From: the human T2T-CHM13v2.0 reference genome, Homo sapiens
Assembly (NCBI RefSeq): GCF_009914755.1
Contig: NC_060925.1
Length of the DNA: 64,000 nt
Direction: 5' to 3' (one strand)
Shown: positions 27,483-40,266 of the stretch, one piece after another
How positions within the stretch are numbered: position 1 is the stretch's first letter
How the letters are laid out: the number at the start of each line of letters is the position of its first letter
The notes under the pieces: model-generated
What the model saw: the letters and a program-made list of their open reading frames with translations, nothing else
Databases searched by the model: none
Told to the model about the DNA's origin: nothing
Made by a program: the position numbers and the translations under genes

Positions 27483-29657
27483 TACATTAGTCCATTCTCA
27501 TGCTACTGTGAAGAAATACCTAAGACTGGATAATTTATGAAGGAAAAAGGTTTAATGGACTAACAGTTCCACATGGCTTGGGAGGCCTCGGGAAACTTAC
27601 AATCATGGTGTATGGCACCTCTTCACAGGGCAGCAGGAGAGAGAATGAGTGCCAGCAGGGGAAATGCCAGATGCTTATAAAACCATCAGATTTTGTGAGA
27701 CTTATTTACTACCACAAGAACAGTATGGGGGAAACCACCCCCATGATTCAATTATCTCCCACTGGGTCCCTCCCACGACACATGGACATTATGGGAGTAA
27801 AATTCAAGAAGAGATTTGGGTGGGGACACAGAGCCAAACCATATCACCAAAAGTCCAAGTCCAAAGTCTCGTCTGAGACAGTAAGTCCCTTCCACCTATG
27901 AGCCTGTAAATTCAAAAGCAAGTTAGTTACTTCCTAGATACAATGGGGGTGCAGGCATTGGGTAAATATATCCATTTCAAATGAGAGAAATTGGCCAAAA
28001 CAAAGGGGCCACAGGCCTCATGCAAGTCCAAAATTCGATAGGGCAGTAATTAAACTTTAAAGTTCCAAAATGATCCCCTTTGACTGCATGTCTTATATCC
28101 AGGTCATGCTGATGCAAGAAAGGTGTTCCCACAACCTTGGGCAGCTCCACCCCTGTGGCTCTGCAGGGTACAGCCCCATTCCTGGCTGCTTTTACGGGCT
28201 GGTATTGAGTGTCTGAGGATTTTCCAGGTGCATGGTGCAAGTTGTTAGTGAATCTACCATTCTGGAGTCTGGAGAATAGTGGGCTTCTTCTAACAGCTCC
28301 ATTAGGGAATGTCCGAGTGAGGACTCTGTGTTGGGAATCCAACCCCACATTTCCCTTCCATGCCACCCTAGCAGTGGTTCTCCATGAGGGTTCCACCCAT
28401 GCAACTAAATTCTGCCTGAACATCCATGTATTTTCATACATTCTGGGAAATCTAGGCAGCGGTTCCCAAACCTCAATTTTTGACTTCGGTGCCCCTGCAG
28501 GCTCAACGTCATGTGTAAGCCACCAAGGCTTGGGGATTACATCCTCTGAAGCAATGGCCCGAGCTGTACCTTGGTCCCTTTAAGCCATGGCTGGAACTGA
28601 AGCAGCTGGAATTCAGGACACCACTTGCCCAGGCTGCACAGAGAAGAGTGGCCCTGGTCCCAACTCACAAAACCATTTTTTCCCCCTAGGCCTCCAGGCT
28701 TGTGATGGGAGGGGCTGCCCCGAAGATCTCTGATATGATCTGGACACATTTTCCCCATTGTCTTGGTTATTAACATTCTGTCTCTTCATTACTTATACAA
28801 ATTTCTGCAGCCATTTTGAATTTATCCCCAGAAAATGGGGTTTTCTTTTCTGTTGCATTATCAGGCTGCAAATTTTCCAAACTTGTATGATGTGCTTCCT
28901 CTTGAAAACCTTGCCACTTAGAAAATTCTTTCTCCAGATACCCTAAATCAGTCATCTCTCTTAAATTCAAAGTTCCACAGATCTCTAGGGCAGGAGCAAA
29001 TGCTGCCAGTCTCTTTGCTAAAACATAGCAAGAGTCACCTTTATTCCAGTTCCCAAGAAATTTCTCATCTCCATCTGAGGCCACCCCAGCCTAGACTTCG
29101 TTGTCCATATCACCATCACAATTTTGGCCAAAGTCATTCAACAAGTCTCTAGGAAGTTCCAAACTTTCCCACATTTTCCTGTCTTCTTCTGAGCCCTCCA
29201 AACTGTTCCAACCTTTGCCTGTTATCCAGTTCTGAAGTTGGTTCCACATTTTTGGGTGTCTTTATAGCAGCACCACACTCTCTGTGGTACCAATTTCCTG
29301 TATTAGTCTGTTCTCACATTTCTATGAAGAAATACCCAAGACTGGGTAATTTATAAAAGAAAGAGGTTTAATTGACTCATGGTTCTGCATAGCTGGGGAG
29401 GCCTCAGGAAACTTACAATAATGGCAGAAAGTACCTCTTTACAGGGTGGCAGGAGAGAGAATGAGTGCCAGCAGAGAAATGCTAGATGTTTATAAAACCA
29501 TCAGATTTCGCTGGAACTCACTATCACAAGAACAGCATGGGGGAAACTGCCCCTATGATTCAATAACCTCCCACCAGGTACCTTTCATGACATGTGGAGG
29601 TTATAGGGATTACAATTCAAGATGAGATTTTGGTGGGGAAACAGCCAAGCCATATGA
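27483..29657 (-). mobile_element. THE1D MaLR provirus: LTRs 27483-27846 and 29299-29657
   Basis: THE1D-type cacctcttcacagggcagcaggagagagaatgagtgccagcag in both LTRs, antisense MaLR internal sequence, perfect TSD agaat (27478-27482, 29658-29662). Confidence 0.95.
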
Positions 29658-31045
29658 AGAATCACAATGGTCATTTTCATTGTCAAGGAACATGAGAAAT
29701 TACTTTCTGCATCTTTGCAACTCATAAAAATTCCATAAGTCATTGAGTTTTTTTTACTTGTGAAAAGTCTATAAACCACTCAGTTGAAAATATATATATT
29801 TTTTATTATGAGCCCATACACATATCTTCCTACTGGGACACGTGAAGTTCCTGATTAAGGATGCTTAAAAATTATTTTGCCATAATTTCATGAAAATATA
29901 AAAATACATTTAAACTGGGTCAATAAATATGGCAACATTTTAATAGTGAAAATAAATTAAAGTTTTAAAATATTTAAAATAGTCTATTTCTTAATATTAT
30001 AATGAAATTATTATACTTATATAATCACAAAGTGGATGTTTGAAAAATCAGGCAATATAATTTTATATATATCATTTGATCTGAACTCAATAAAAAGAAA
30101 CAAAAGAGCAGAAGAAATATTCTCAACTTCTAAAAATGTGTAACTCTAGGTGGTGTATTATGGGTAATGATTTTCCATCTTCTACTTTTCTGTATTTTTG
30201 TAATTCTAGCATAAAGACATAATATTATAATGAAAATCATCTTAATAAAAATATAAATGCAAACATGCAAAGGGAAAAAATTAGCCTAAGCTTTCCTGAA
30301 GAGGAATGAAGTCGAAGTATTTATAGCATTGACAGCTGAGACACCACCATTTTAACACTAAATTGCTATACCACGAACTGACAGAACCCTGTGTGGAGGA
30401 CGAAAAACTCATAATACACCCAAAGTGAAGAATCATATAGCAGCATGAAGGGGGGAAAATGAACTAAATGGGAGAAGTGTGTATGACACCAACTGCACTT
30501 AATTTGTGAGTTGTGGAAAATAAAAGGCATAGGGTGTGAAGAATGGGGTTCCAGGTTCTAACTAACTGTACATCCTTTAAGCAAATTAAGGTTCTTTTAG
30601 CTCATCTATAAAGTGAATTAATTAAGCCAGATAATTTCTAAAGTCCATCTTGACTCTAAATCAGATCCTAGCAAAAACAAGAAATCTACCACTTCAGATC
30701 CTTATGAAACCTAGGAAAAATATGAAATGCTAAAACACAGCAATGATATTAAAACTGTTCGGAATGAACACAGAACTATAGGGCATTATTATAATGGATT
30801 ATTATATTATTATATTATCCATTATTATAATGGATTGCAAAGAGAATTTTCTATAGCCTTGCACAACAGTGACACCAAAGTATCTAAATCCTATTGATAT
30901 TAGTACAAGTATAGACAAACTAACCAATGAGATAAGACAGAAAGCCCAGAAACAGCCACATATATATAGTCACCTCATTTATAGTAATATTGAAGTATAC
31001 TGAAAAAGGAATTATCCTTTCGATGATATTTGGTCATCGAATATC

Positions 31046-31051
<6 letters not shown>

Positions 31052-31090
<39 letters not shown>
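31052..31090. repeat. (TA)n microsatellite
   Basis: About 19 perfect TA units. Confidence 0.95.
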
Positions 31091-31092
<2 letters not shown>

Positions 31093-31112
31093 TGTGCATA
31101 TATATCCATATT

Positions 31113-31473
31113 AGCACAAGAGATTGAATGTGTCCCCCCAAAATTCATGTGGAAATTCTAACCCTTAAGGTGATGATATGAGGAGGTGGGACCTTTGGAA
31201 GGTGATTAGGCCATGAGGCAGAGCCCTCCTGAATAGAATTAGTGGCCCTATAAAAGAATCCCCAGAGAGTTCATATGCCCATTCCACCATGTGAAGGCAC
31301 AGTGAAAATACAGCAGTCTATGAACCAGGAAGTAAGCCCTCCAGCAGACACTGATTCTGTCAGTGACTTGATCTTAGACTTTCCAGCCTCCAGAACTGTG
31401 AGAAATAAATTTTTGTTGTTCATAAGTCATCAGTTTATGGCATTTTGTTATAGGAGCACAAACAGACCAGACA
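31113..31473 (+). mobile_element. MLT1A/A0-type LTR
   Basis: ttgaatgtgtccccccaaaattcatgt...ggaggtgggacctttggaaggtgattagg...ttccagcctccagaactgtgagaaataaat. Confidence 0.88.
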
Positions 31474-31684
31474 ATGTGATTAAACAAATGTGGACCCTTA
31501 CCTTGAGCTACACAAAATATTAAATTCCACATTAATAGTCAACCTAAACGTGGACAGTAAAACAATACACATTTGAAGATAAAACATAAAAGAACATTTT
31601 TGTAACCACGAAAAATTGTTCTTAAGCAGGACATAAGAAGTAAAAATTATAAAGAAAACCACTAATATCAAAACATACCATTAA

Positions 31685-32013
31685 GCTGAGCAGGATGGCT
31701 CAAGCCTGTAATCCCAGCACTTTGGGAGGCCAAGGCGGATCATGAGGTCAAGAGTTTGAGACCAGCCTGGCCAACATAGTGAAACCCTGTCTCTACTACA
31801 AATACAAAAATTAGCCGGGCATGGTGGTGTGTGCCTGTAGTCCCAACTACTCAGGAAGCTGAGGCAGGAGAATTGCTTGAACCCAGGAGGTGGAGGTTGT
31901 GGTGAGCTGAGATCGCATCACTGCACTCCAGCCTGGGCAACAGAGAGAGACTCTGTCTCAACAAAAACAAAACAAAACAAAACAAAACAAAACAAGACAA
32001 AACAAAAAACTAC
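31685..32013 (+). mobile_element. Alu (AluSg-like) with (CAAAA)n tail
   Basis: Full dimer. 12-bp TSD acataccattaa at 31673-31684 and 32014-32025. Confidence 0.95.
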
Positions 32014-33042
32014 ACATACCATTAAATAAACTTTTGCATGTGCCTGAATCAACCAAAAACAACAAAATATATAAACCATTGGTGTTCAAGACATAAAAAT
32101 TAGACAATGCAGGGCAGTTCTCTGAGAGACATAAAATAAATGATGTGAGCCATATTGCTTTTCCGTAGGAAAGGGGAATCCACATTATGCTTAGCAAACT
32201 TCCTGAGTAGAAAGACTTTCTAAGAATGTCTTTGAACCATGGTTGCTAGAGTGCTCAGGACAGATTACAAGATAAGACACAGATGCATAGCTAGAGAATG
32301 TTAGAGATCTGCAAAGGAATCTCCTCAAGGGTACAGTAGAGTGCTGATTAGCACACTTGTGTGCACCAATACGAGGCAAATAACCAACCAAAATTGCTAC
32401 AGGGAAAACCACCTGGAATTCTCACAGGTCTGGGAAGAGTGTATTTTCCGACCAGCCAAGTCTGGAAAAACTCATAACCCACCAGGCATTTGGTAGAGTA
32501 ATAATACTGCTTCAGTTTTGGGGAATAATTATCTCTAGACAAAATATGTCATGACTACCACCTCACAAATTTTAAAAACAAAATTTGAAGGGATCAAACT
32601 CTTTCCAAATAACTATCCCAGAACAAAGCTCAAGAGTCCTTACAGGAATTCAAAGATATCCAAAATATTCCAAAATATAATAAACAGTGTCTGACATTCA
32701 ATCAGAAATTAGTAGATATGCAAAGAAACAGAAAAATACAACCTGTTCTGATGAGAATAATTATTCAACTCAAACCCATTCAAAATAGATTTGGATATTA
32801 GAGTTAGCAGTAAGACATTAAAGCTGCTATACTGTATTTCATATGTTCAAAATAGTAAGTAGAGACATAGAAGGGATAAAAGAGAGCCACAGCTAACTTC
32901 TAAAAATGAAAACTACAGTATCTAAGATAAAAATAATACTAGATGGGATTAACAGGAAGCTAAATATTGCAGAACAAAAGGACAGTGTACATGAAGACAT
33001 GGAAGTAGAAATTATTCAAGTAATACACAGAGAATAAAACAA

Positions 33043-33310
<268 letters not shown>

Positions 33311-33739
33311 AATGAAACAATTTTAAAATGCACAGGGCATTGTGAACTGTAGGAAAGATTCAAGTGGCCTTTTATTTGTGTATTTAGAGCCCCCCAAAAA
33401 GAAAAAGGAAAGGAGCAAAAAGTGTGAATTAATATTTTCCCCAAAATTTCCTAATTGGATGAAAATCATAAACTCAGAGGCCTAATAAACTCAATAACCC
33501 CAGGACATGAATAAAACTACACCAAGAAGCATAAAAACTTGTCAGAAAATTTACATAAAATTAAGTAAAATTTATTAGAACCAATGATAAACAGAAAAAT
33601 CTTAAAAGTGAAAAGAAAAAGAAACTCATTATATGCAGAGGAACAAAAATAAGGAGGAAAGATTTCTGTTGAAAACAATGCAGATGAGAAAACAATGAAA
33701 TATTATTTTTTAATGTACCAATGGGGGAAAATTATCAAC

Positions 33740-34270
33740 TGTCTTAGTTCCAACTGCTAAGACAGGATATTATAAACTGTGATATGGATTGGCTTTGTGT
33801 CCCCACCCAAATCTCATCTTGAATTGTAATCCCCAGGTGTTGAGGGATGAACCTGGTGGGAGGTGATTGGATCATGGGATCACTTTCCCTCAGGCTGTTC
33901 TAATGATAGTGAATGAGTTCTCATGAGATCTGATGCTTTTATAAGTGTTTGGCAGTTTCTCCTTTGCACTCTCTCTCCGTGCCTTGTGAAGAAGGTGCTT
34001 GCTTCTCCTTTGCCTTCTGCCATAATTGTAAGTTCCTTGAGGCCTCCCCAGCCATGCAGAACTGTGAGTCAATTAAATCTCTTTTCATTATTAAACTACC
34101 CAGTCTTGGGCAATTCTTTATAGCAGTGAGAGAATGAACTAATACAAACTATGTAGCTTAAAAACATAAATTTATTTCTGACAGTTCTGGAGGGTGTCAT
34201 CAGGGTCAGGTTTTAGTGAGGACCCTCTTCTTGGTTATGTCCTCCCATGGCTTTACCTGCTTTATTTGGT

Positions 34271-34307
<37 letters not shown>

Positions 34308-34484
34308 AACAACTCTAGTCTTTTTCTCTTCTTATAAGGACGCTAATCTTATCATGGGGACTCCATTCTCCTGACCTCATCTAAAACTAATTACCTAATT
34401 GCCTCTACCTTCTAATACGACTCCATTAGGGGTTAAATTTTCAATGTATGAATTTTCAGGGACGCATACATACAGTCCATAACA
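33740..34484 (-). mobile_element. MLT1A-type LTR split by an MSTA LTR, with a (CA)n run at ~34272-34303
   Basis: tgtcttagtt start, resumes aatttatttctgacagttctggagg, ends cagtccataaca. TSD tcaac/ttaac. Confidence 0.8.
33780..34146 (+). mobile_element. MSTA-type MaLR solo LTR
   Basis: tgatatggattggctttgtgtccccacccaaatctc...gaatgaactaataca. TSD aactg/aacta. Confidence 0.92.
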
Positions 34485-34526
34485 TTAACCTAGCATTTTT
34501 TTTTTTTTTACCTAGGAAAGTATGTT

Positions 34527-34836
<310 letters not shown>

Positions 34837-35569
34837 AGAAAGTGTGTTCAAAAGATAAGGACAAAATACAAACTTTTTAGACATACAAAAACTGAAAAAA
34901 AAAAAAAAGTATCACCAGCATACCTGCACTACAAGAAATGTTAAAGAAAGTCTTCAGACAAAAGGAAAATAGGAAAATGATACCGCATGGAAACACAAAC
35001 CCATACAAAGAAGAGAACTAGAAATGATAATGACGTAGGTAAATATACAGAGTACTTTTCCTTATTGTTTATATCTCTGTAAAAGACAATTGACTAAACA
35101 AAAACAATAACAATGTAGTATGGAGTTTATAAGAACATAAAAGTCAAATAAATGAAAGCAACAGCATGAAGGTCAGTAGCAGAGAAATGGAAGTCACCTA
35201 TTATAAGGTTCTTATACTCTGGATGAAGTGGGAAAATATCACTTGAAAGTAGGCTGTTAGGTTAAAGCTGTAGTCTACAAACTCTTGAACAAGCACTTAT
35301 ATAAAAATGTTTTGGCTAAGCTGCCAAAAGAGAAAATAAAATGAAATCATAAAAGGTAATTAAAACAAAGGAAGCAGAGTACAGAAAAAGAGGAAGCAGA
35401 AACATAAGGCAAATAAGAAATTTAATGCTAACCATATAAATTAATTGTAAATGGTATAAACATCTCAATTAAAAGGACTCTACGCATCAAGCTTTTAGAC
35501 ATTCACTACTATTATTTGGAAATTTTAATTAGACAATGCAATATGAAATTGATGCCTATTGCTTATTTA

Positions 35570-37430
35570 AAAACTTATTGAAATGAAATGTACCTAATAT
35601 AAAATTAATTATTCTAAAGTGAACAATTCCATGGCATTTATTACATTCACAATGTTGTGCAATCACCATCTCTGCCTAGTTATAAAATATTTATTTAAAT
35701 CCAACATAAAACCCTATACCCTTTAAGCAGTTTTTCCTCATTTCACTCTATCCTCAGCCCCTTCCGACCACCAATCTGCACCTTTCTCTATGAATTTACC
35801 TATTACAGATATTTCATATAAAAGAAATCATGCAATATATTACCTTTAGTGTCTGAATTCTTTCACTGAGCATATTTTTGAGGTGTATCAATGTGTAGTA
35901 TGTTTCAGTACATCATTCCTTTTTACAGCTGAATAATATTCCATTGCATGTATATACCGTAATTTGTCAACACATTCATCTGTTGATGGATGTTTGGACT
36001 GTTTTTTGTCTATGGTGAATAGCACTGCATTAACACACATGTGAAGGTGTTTGGTGTGGGTGCTTACCTTCAACAATTTGGGTATAAACCTAGGAGTTGA
36101 TTTACCAGGTCATATGATGATTCTGTGCTTAACTTTATAAGGAACCTCCAAACCCTTTCCATGGCAGCTGAATCATTTTATTTCCAACCACACTGTACAA
36201 GGGTTCCAATGTATACAACATTTTGTTTATGATTTATATTGAGACAAAATTACATTGAGGTAAAATTTACATATGGTGAAATACAAGTATGTTAAAAGAA
36301 CATCTTAATGAGTTTGAACAACTATACACAACCATGCAATCAACATCCTAATAAATATATTAAAACATTTCTATCATCCCAAAAAGTTCCCTTACACCCC
36401 TTCCCATATCAATAATTGTTCTCATTTATATGGTTTGTCCAAGTTCATCAGTATTTATTACTGCTAAGTTTTCTGTATGAGTATACAATTTGCTTAATAT
36501 ATTGTCCAGTTGATAGAAATTTTAATATTTTAGGTTAGGGTTACTATGAATGAAACCAAGATAAACAAGCTTTTTGTGTATAGGTATTTTCATTTCTTTG
36601 GGGTAAATACCCAGCTGTAAAATTGATGGGCCATAGGGTATGTGCATGGTGGACTTTATAAGACGTTGTCGGTTTTCCAAAGTGGCTCTAACATTTTTCA
36701 CTGCACCAGCAATGTGTGAGAGTTCCAATTGTTCCTCATGCTTGACAACATTTGTTGTTGACAGTTTAAATTTTAGTTATTCTGGTGCATGTAAAGCAGT
36801 ATGTCACTGTAGTTTTGATTTGCTTTTTTCTGATGACAGATGAGATTGAACAATTTTTCATATTCTTTTTAGCCATTTGTTTATTAGGCTTTTTTGTACA
36901 GTGTCTGTTCAAGGCTTCCAGTAATTTATTTGTCACTTTATTATAGTCATGTAGGAATCTTTTTAAATATATTCTGTAGACACATTCTTGGTCAGGTATA
37001 TATGCATTACAAATATTTTCTCACAGTCTATGGCTTGCCTTTCGTATTCTTAATGCTACCTTTTAGGGAGAAGTCTATTTAATAGAGCCCAATTTATACA
37101 TTATTATTTGTCTTATGTTTTGTCCATTGTATATGCTAAAAAACATTTTTGTAAAACCTGGAGATATTGCCCTATCTTTCCTACTATAAACTTTAACATT
37201 TTCTCCTTTACATTTAAGTGTCAATCTCAAATTAATTTTCATGTGTGGTTTGAGAAAAGGATCATGCTTTATTTTTTCTTATGTTTATCTCCTTGTTTCA
37301 ACACAATTTGAGAGGAAGATTTTCCATTTCCCGTTGAATTATCTTAGACCTTTTGTCAAAATATCAATCAAACATGTAAGTATGGTTCTATTTTTGGATT
37401 CTTTTTTCCCCATTGATCCGTTGCTCTGTC
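35570..37430 (-). mobile_element. Two antisense old L1 3' ends (L1MB-like ~35570-36220, L1ME/MD-like ~36230-37430)
   Basis: cattcacaatgttgtgcaatcaccatc, gctgaataatattccattgcatg, tttctttggggtaaatacccag. Confidence 0.8.
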
Positions 37431-37509
37431 TACATAAGAAACTCAGGAGGCATCTTCACTAATGTCAGGAACAAAACAAAGTTGTCACTATCACCATCAC
37501 TATTTACTA

Positions 37510-37955
37510 TACATTGGCGAAGTCATTATCTTAAGTGAAATAAGCCAGGCACAAAAAGACAGATGCTGCATGTTCTCACTCATATTGGTAGATAAAAAAA
37601 CTTGATCTTACGGACATAGAGAGTACAATGATACCAGATACTGGGAAGTGTGGGTAGATCGGAGAGGAAGACGAAAAGAGGTTGGTTAATGGGTAAAAAT
37701 ATATAGTTTGATAGAAAAAATAAGTTCTAATATTTGATAGCATACTAGGGTGACTATATTTAGCAACAATACTTTGTATATTTCAAAGTAAATGGAAAAG
37801 AAGACTTGCAATGATATCAACACGTAGAAATCATACATTCCCAAGGCAATGGACACCACAAATACCATGACCTGATCATTACACATTCTATTCTAAATAA
37901 TAAACATACACTCATATGTACCCCATAAATATGGAACATATTATGTGTTGATAAG
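37510..37955 (+). mobile_element. L1MA 3' end fragment
   Basis: cattatcttaagtgaaataagccaggcacaaaagac...catgttctcactcata...catatgtaccccataaatatg. Confidence 0.85.
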
Positions 37956-38009
37956 AGAGAGAGGTAAAAGGTAAATCTAAGCAAGACTAGGTAGCTATAT
38001 TAACTATTA

Positions 38010-38340
38010 TTTACAAAACTTGTTGTGGGTCTTTACTATGTGCCAGAACCTGAGCTATCACAACAAAGCATTTTAAGCTTTCAAGGAACTCGTGGTCTAA
38101 TGAGAAAGATGAATAAACATAATAAATAATAAATAGTATCAGTGGACTCCTATGGGAACACAGAGAACAGTCAGTATTCTGGCTATTTAGAAAAGGTATT
38201 ATTGAGCAGACATTTGGCATATTCGTGAGTATATGCCAGGCTGAGAACTGGAGAATAGGGCAATGCAAAGAAAGCAGAATGTGCAAAGACATGGCAGTGG
38301 GAGAGGATTGGGGACTCTGGGGAATGTTGAGTAATGTGAA
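38010..38340 (-). mobile_element. L2 fragment
   Basis: tactatgtgccagaacctgagcta...ttcaaggaactcgtggtctaatg...agcagaatgtgcaaagacatgg. Confidence 0.65.
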
Positions 38341-39419
38341 GCAAAAAAAAAAAAAAAAATGAAATGAGACTAAATCAAAAGGCAAAAAAAAATTGTCACA
38401 TGTAATCTAGGCAGAAATAGCTAATGACTTGAAGTTAGGTAAGTCATTTGCAAATAGGAGCTTTGTGTATAACTGAATATAAGACTGGAAAGCACAGATC
38501 CATTTATTAAGCACATAATGTTTCTTGGAGCATGCCCAGAAGTAGGCTGGTATGAGGTGCATTGGACCAAGTAATCTCTTTTTGATATAGCTGAATGAAA
38601 CAAGCGCAAAAACTGGATAGGTTACATCAAAAGTAAATCACACTTCCATTAGAGGTGCTAATTTTCTGTCCCAAAGGATCCACTTTGAAATTAATAAAGC
38701 AGCGGCAAAATGGGCTGATTTAAATTTCACCTTCCCTCACTTTATATCCAACCCCTATTAGAAGTGCTAATATCCATAGGACCATAAGATGGCCTAAAGA
38801 CCTCTTGTTGTGCAGATAAAGTGAGGATAATGAGGGTAAATTGAATAAATTGCATCTGGAAAATGAGGAGTTATTTGAGAATTCAATAGAACTTTTCAGG
38901 TTTCCTGTATTGAACAACCTTTTCTATTTTAACTATCATTTTAATCTAGGTTTTCTACATAAAATAAATGAAACAGAAGTTATTACAAATTGGGATGGAA
39001 TGGTGAATCAGATAGATTTATCCAAAATGTGAAATCTGTTTTCAGACAAAGCTAAATTTTATCATCTAAGTTTTCATATAGTTATGATTTTATGGTAAGA
39101 AAATATAAATATGATTTGTCATCTGCAGACGTTTATGCCATGATAGTGTTTATAAGATTTTTATGAATGCTTTCAATTTTTTTCTTTTATAGATTCATTC
39201 AAATTTTAACTGCACAAATGCTATATTTATTGTTTTAAAAATCAAGACAATGTGATAAAATTGGAATTTTTAGATAGTTGACACTCAACTATCTGTTGCT
39301 AAGGGCTATTAATCCACTTAGACATAAGAATATTATTTAACTAAATAACTAAACATTCCCTGCTTGCCACAGAAAGTAGCTTTGGATCACAGAAACACAA
39401 GAGACCGTATAGATTTTTC

Positions 39420-39650
39420 TTGATTAAGAGCATGAACTCTGGGGTCTTTCCCAGTTTTCCCACTTGCTAGTTGAGTGCACATTAGGCAATTTATGTACCT
39501 TCTTCGTACTTCATTTTTTAATTTATAAATTGGGGATAATATTAGTATCTACCTCAGGAGATTACTACAAATATTTGATGTGATAGTTACAAAGCACTTA
39601 GAATAGTGCTTGGCACAAAGTTTGTGTTCAAAGTACACTATTAGCTATAT
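39420..39650 (+). mobile_element. MIR SINE
   Basis: aaattggggataatattagtatctacctcaggag...aaagcacttagaatagtgcttggcaca. Confidence 0.8.
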
Positions 39651-39888
39651 TTATTTGCACAGCTCTTTAGACAGCGGATTTATCAGCTGTCAAAAGCAAT
39701 ATCCCTATTTCTACTGTTGCATTAATTGAAGTAATCTACTCCAGGCCTACTCCAGATCCTATAGATCTTTTAAGGACCAAGTTTGGCATACAGCCATCTC
39801 TAATAAAGGCACCCTGGCTTCCAACTCTTCTTCCTCCCAGTACATTTTGTCTCTTAACTCTTTTCTCTGTAGTTGTAATGACAGTTAC

Positions 39889-40266
39889 TCTATTAGTCTG
39901 TTTTCACTGCTATAAAGAAACACCCAAGACTGGGTAATTTATAAAGGAAATAGGTTTAATTGACTCACAGTTCCACATGGCTGGAGAGGCCTCAGGAAAC
40001 TTAGAATCATGGTGGAAGTCAAGAGAAGCAAGCTTGTACCTTCTCACATGGTGGCAGGAGAGAATGAGTGAGTGCAGGAAAAACTGCCATTTATAAAACC
40101 ATCAGATCTTGTGAGAACTCACTCACTATCACGAGAAAAGCATGGGAAAACTGTCTCCATGATTCAATCACCTCCCACAAGGTCCCTTCCCCAACACACG
40201 GGGATTATAATTTGGGTTACAATTGAAGATGAGATTTCGGTAGGGACATGGAGCCAAATCCTATCA
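39889..40266 (-). mobile_element. MSTA/THE1D-type MaLR solo LTR
   Basis: tattagtctgttttcactgctataaag...gagccaaatcctatca. TSD gttac/ggtac. Confidence 0.9.

Larger units (their letters stand above)
30860..32140 (+). mobile_element. Old L1M ORF2 3' fragments (interrupted)
   Basis: atagacaaactaaccaatgagataagacagaaagcccagaaac and ggacccttaccttgagctacacaaaatattaaattc. Confidence 0.6.
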
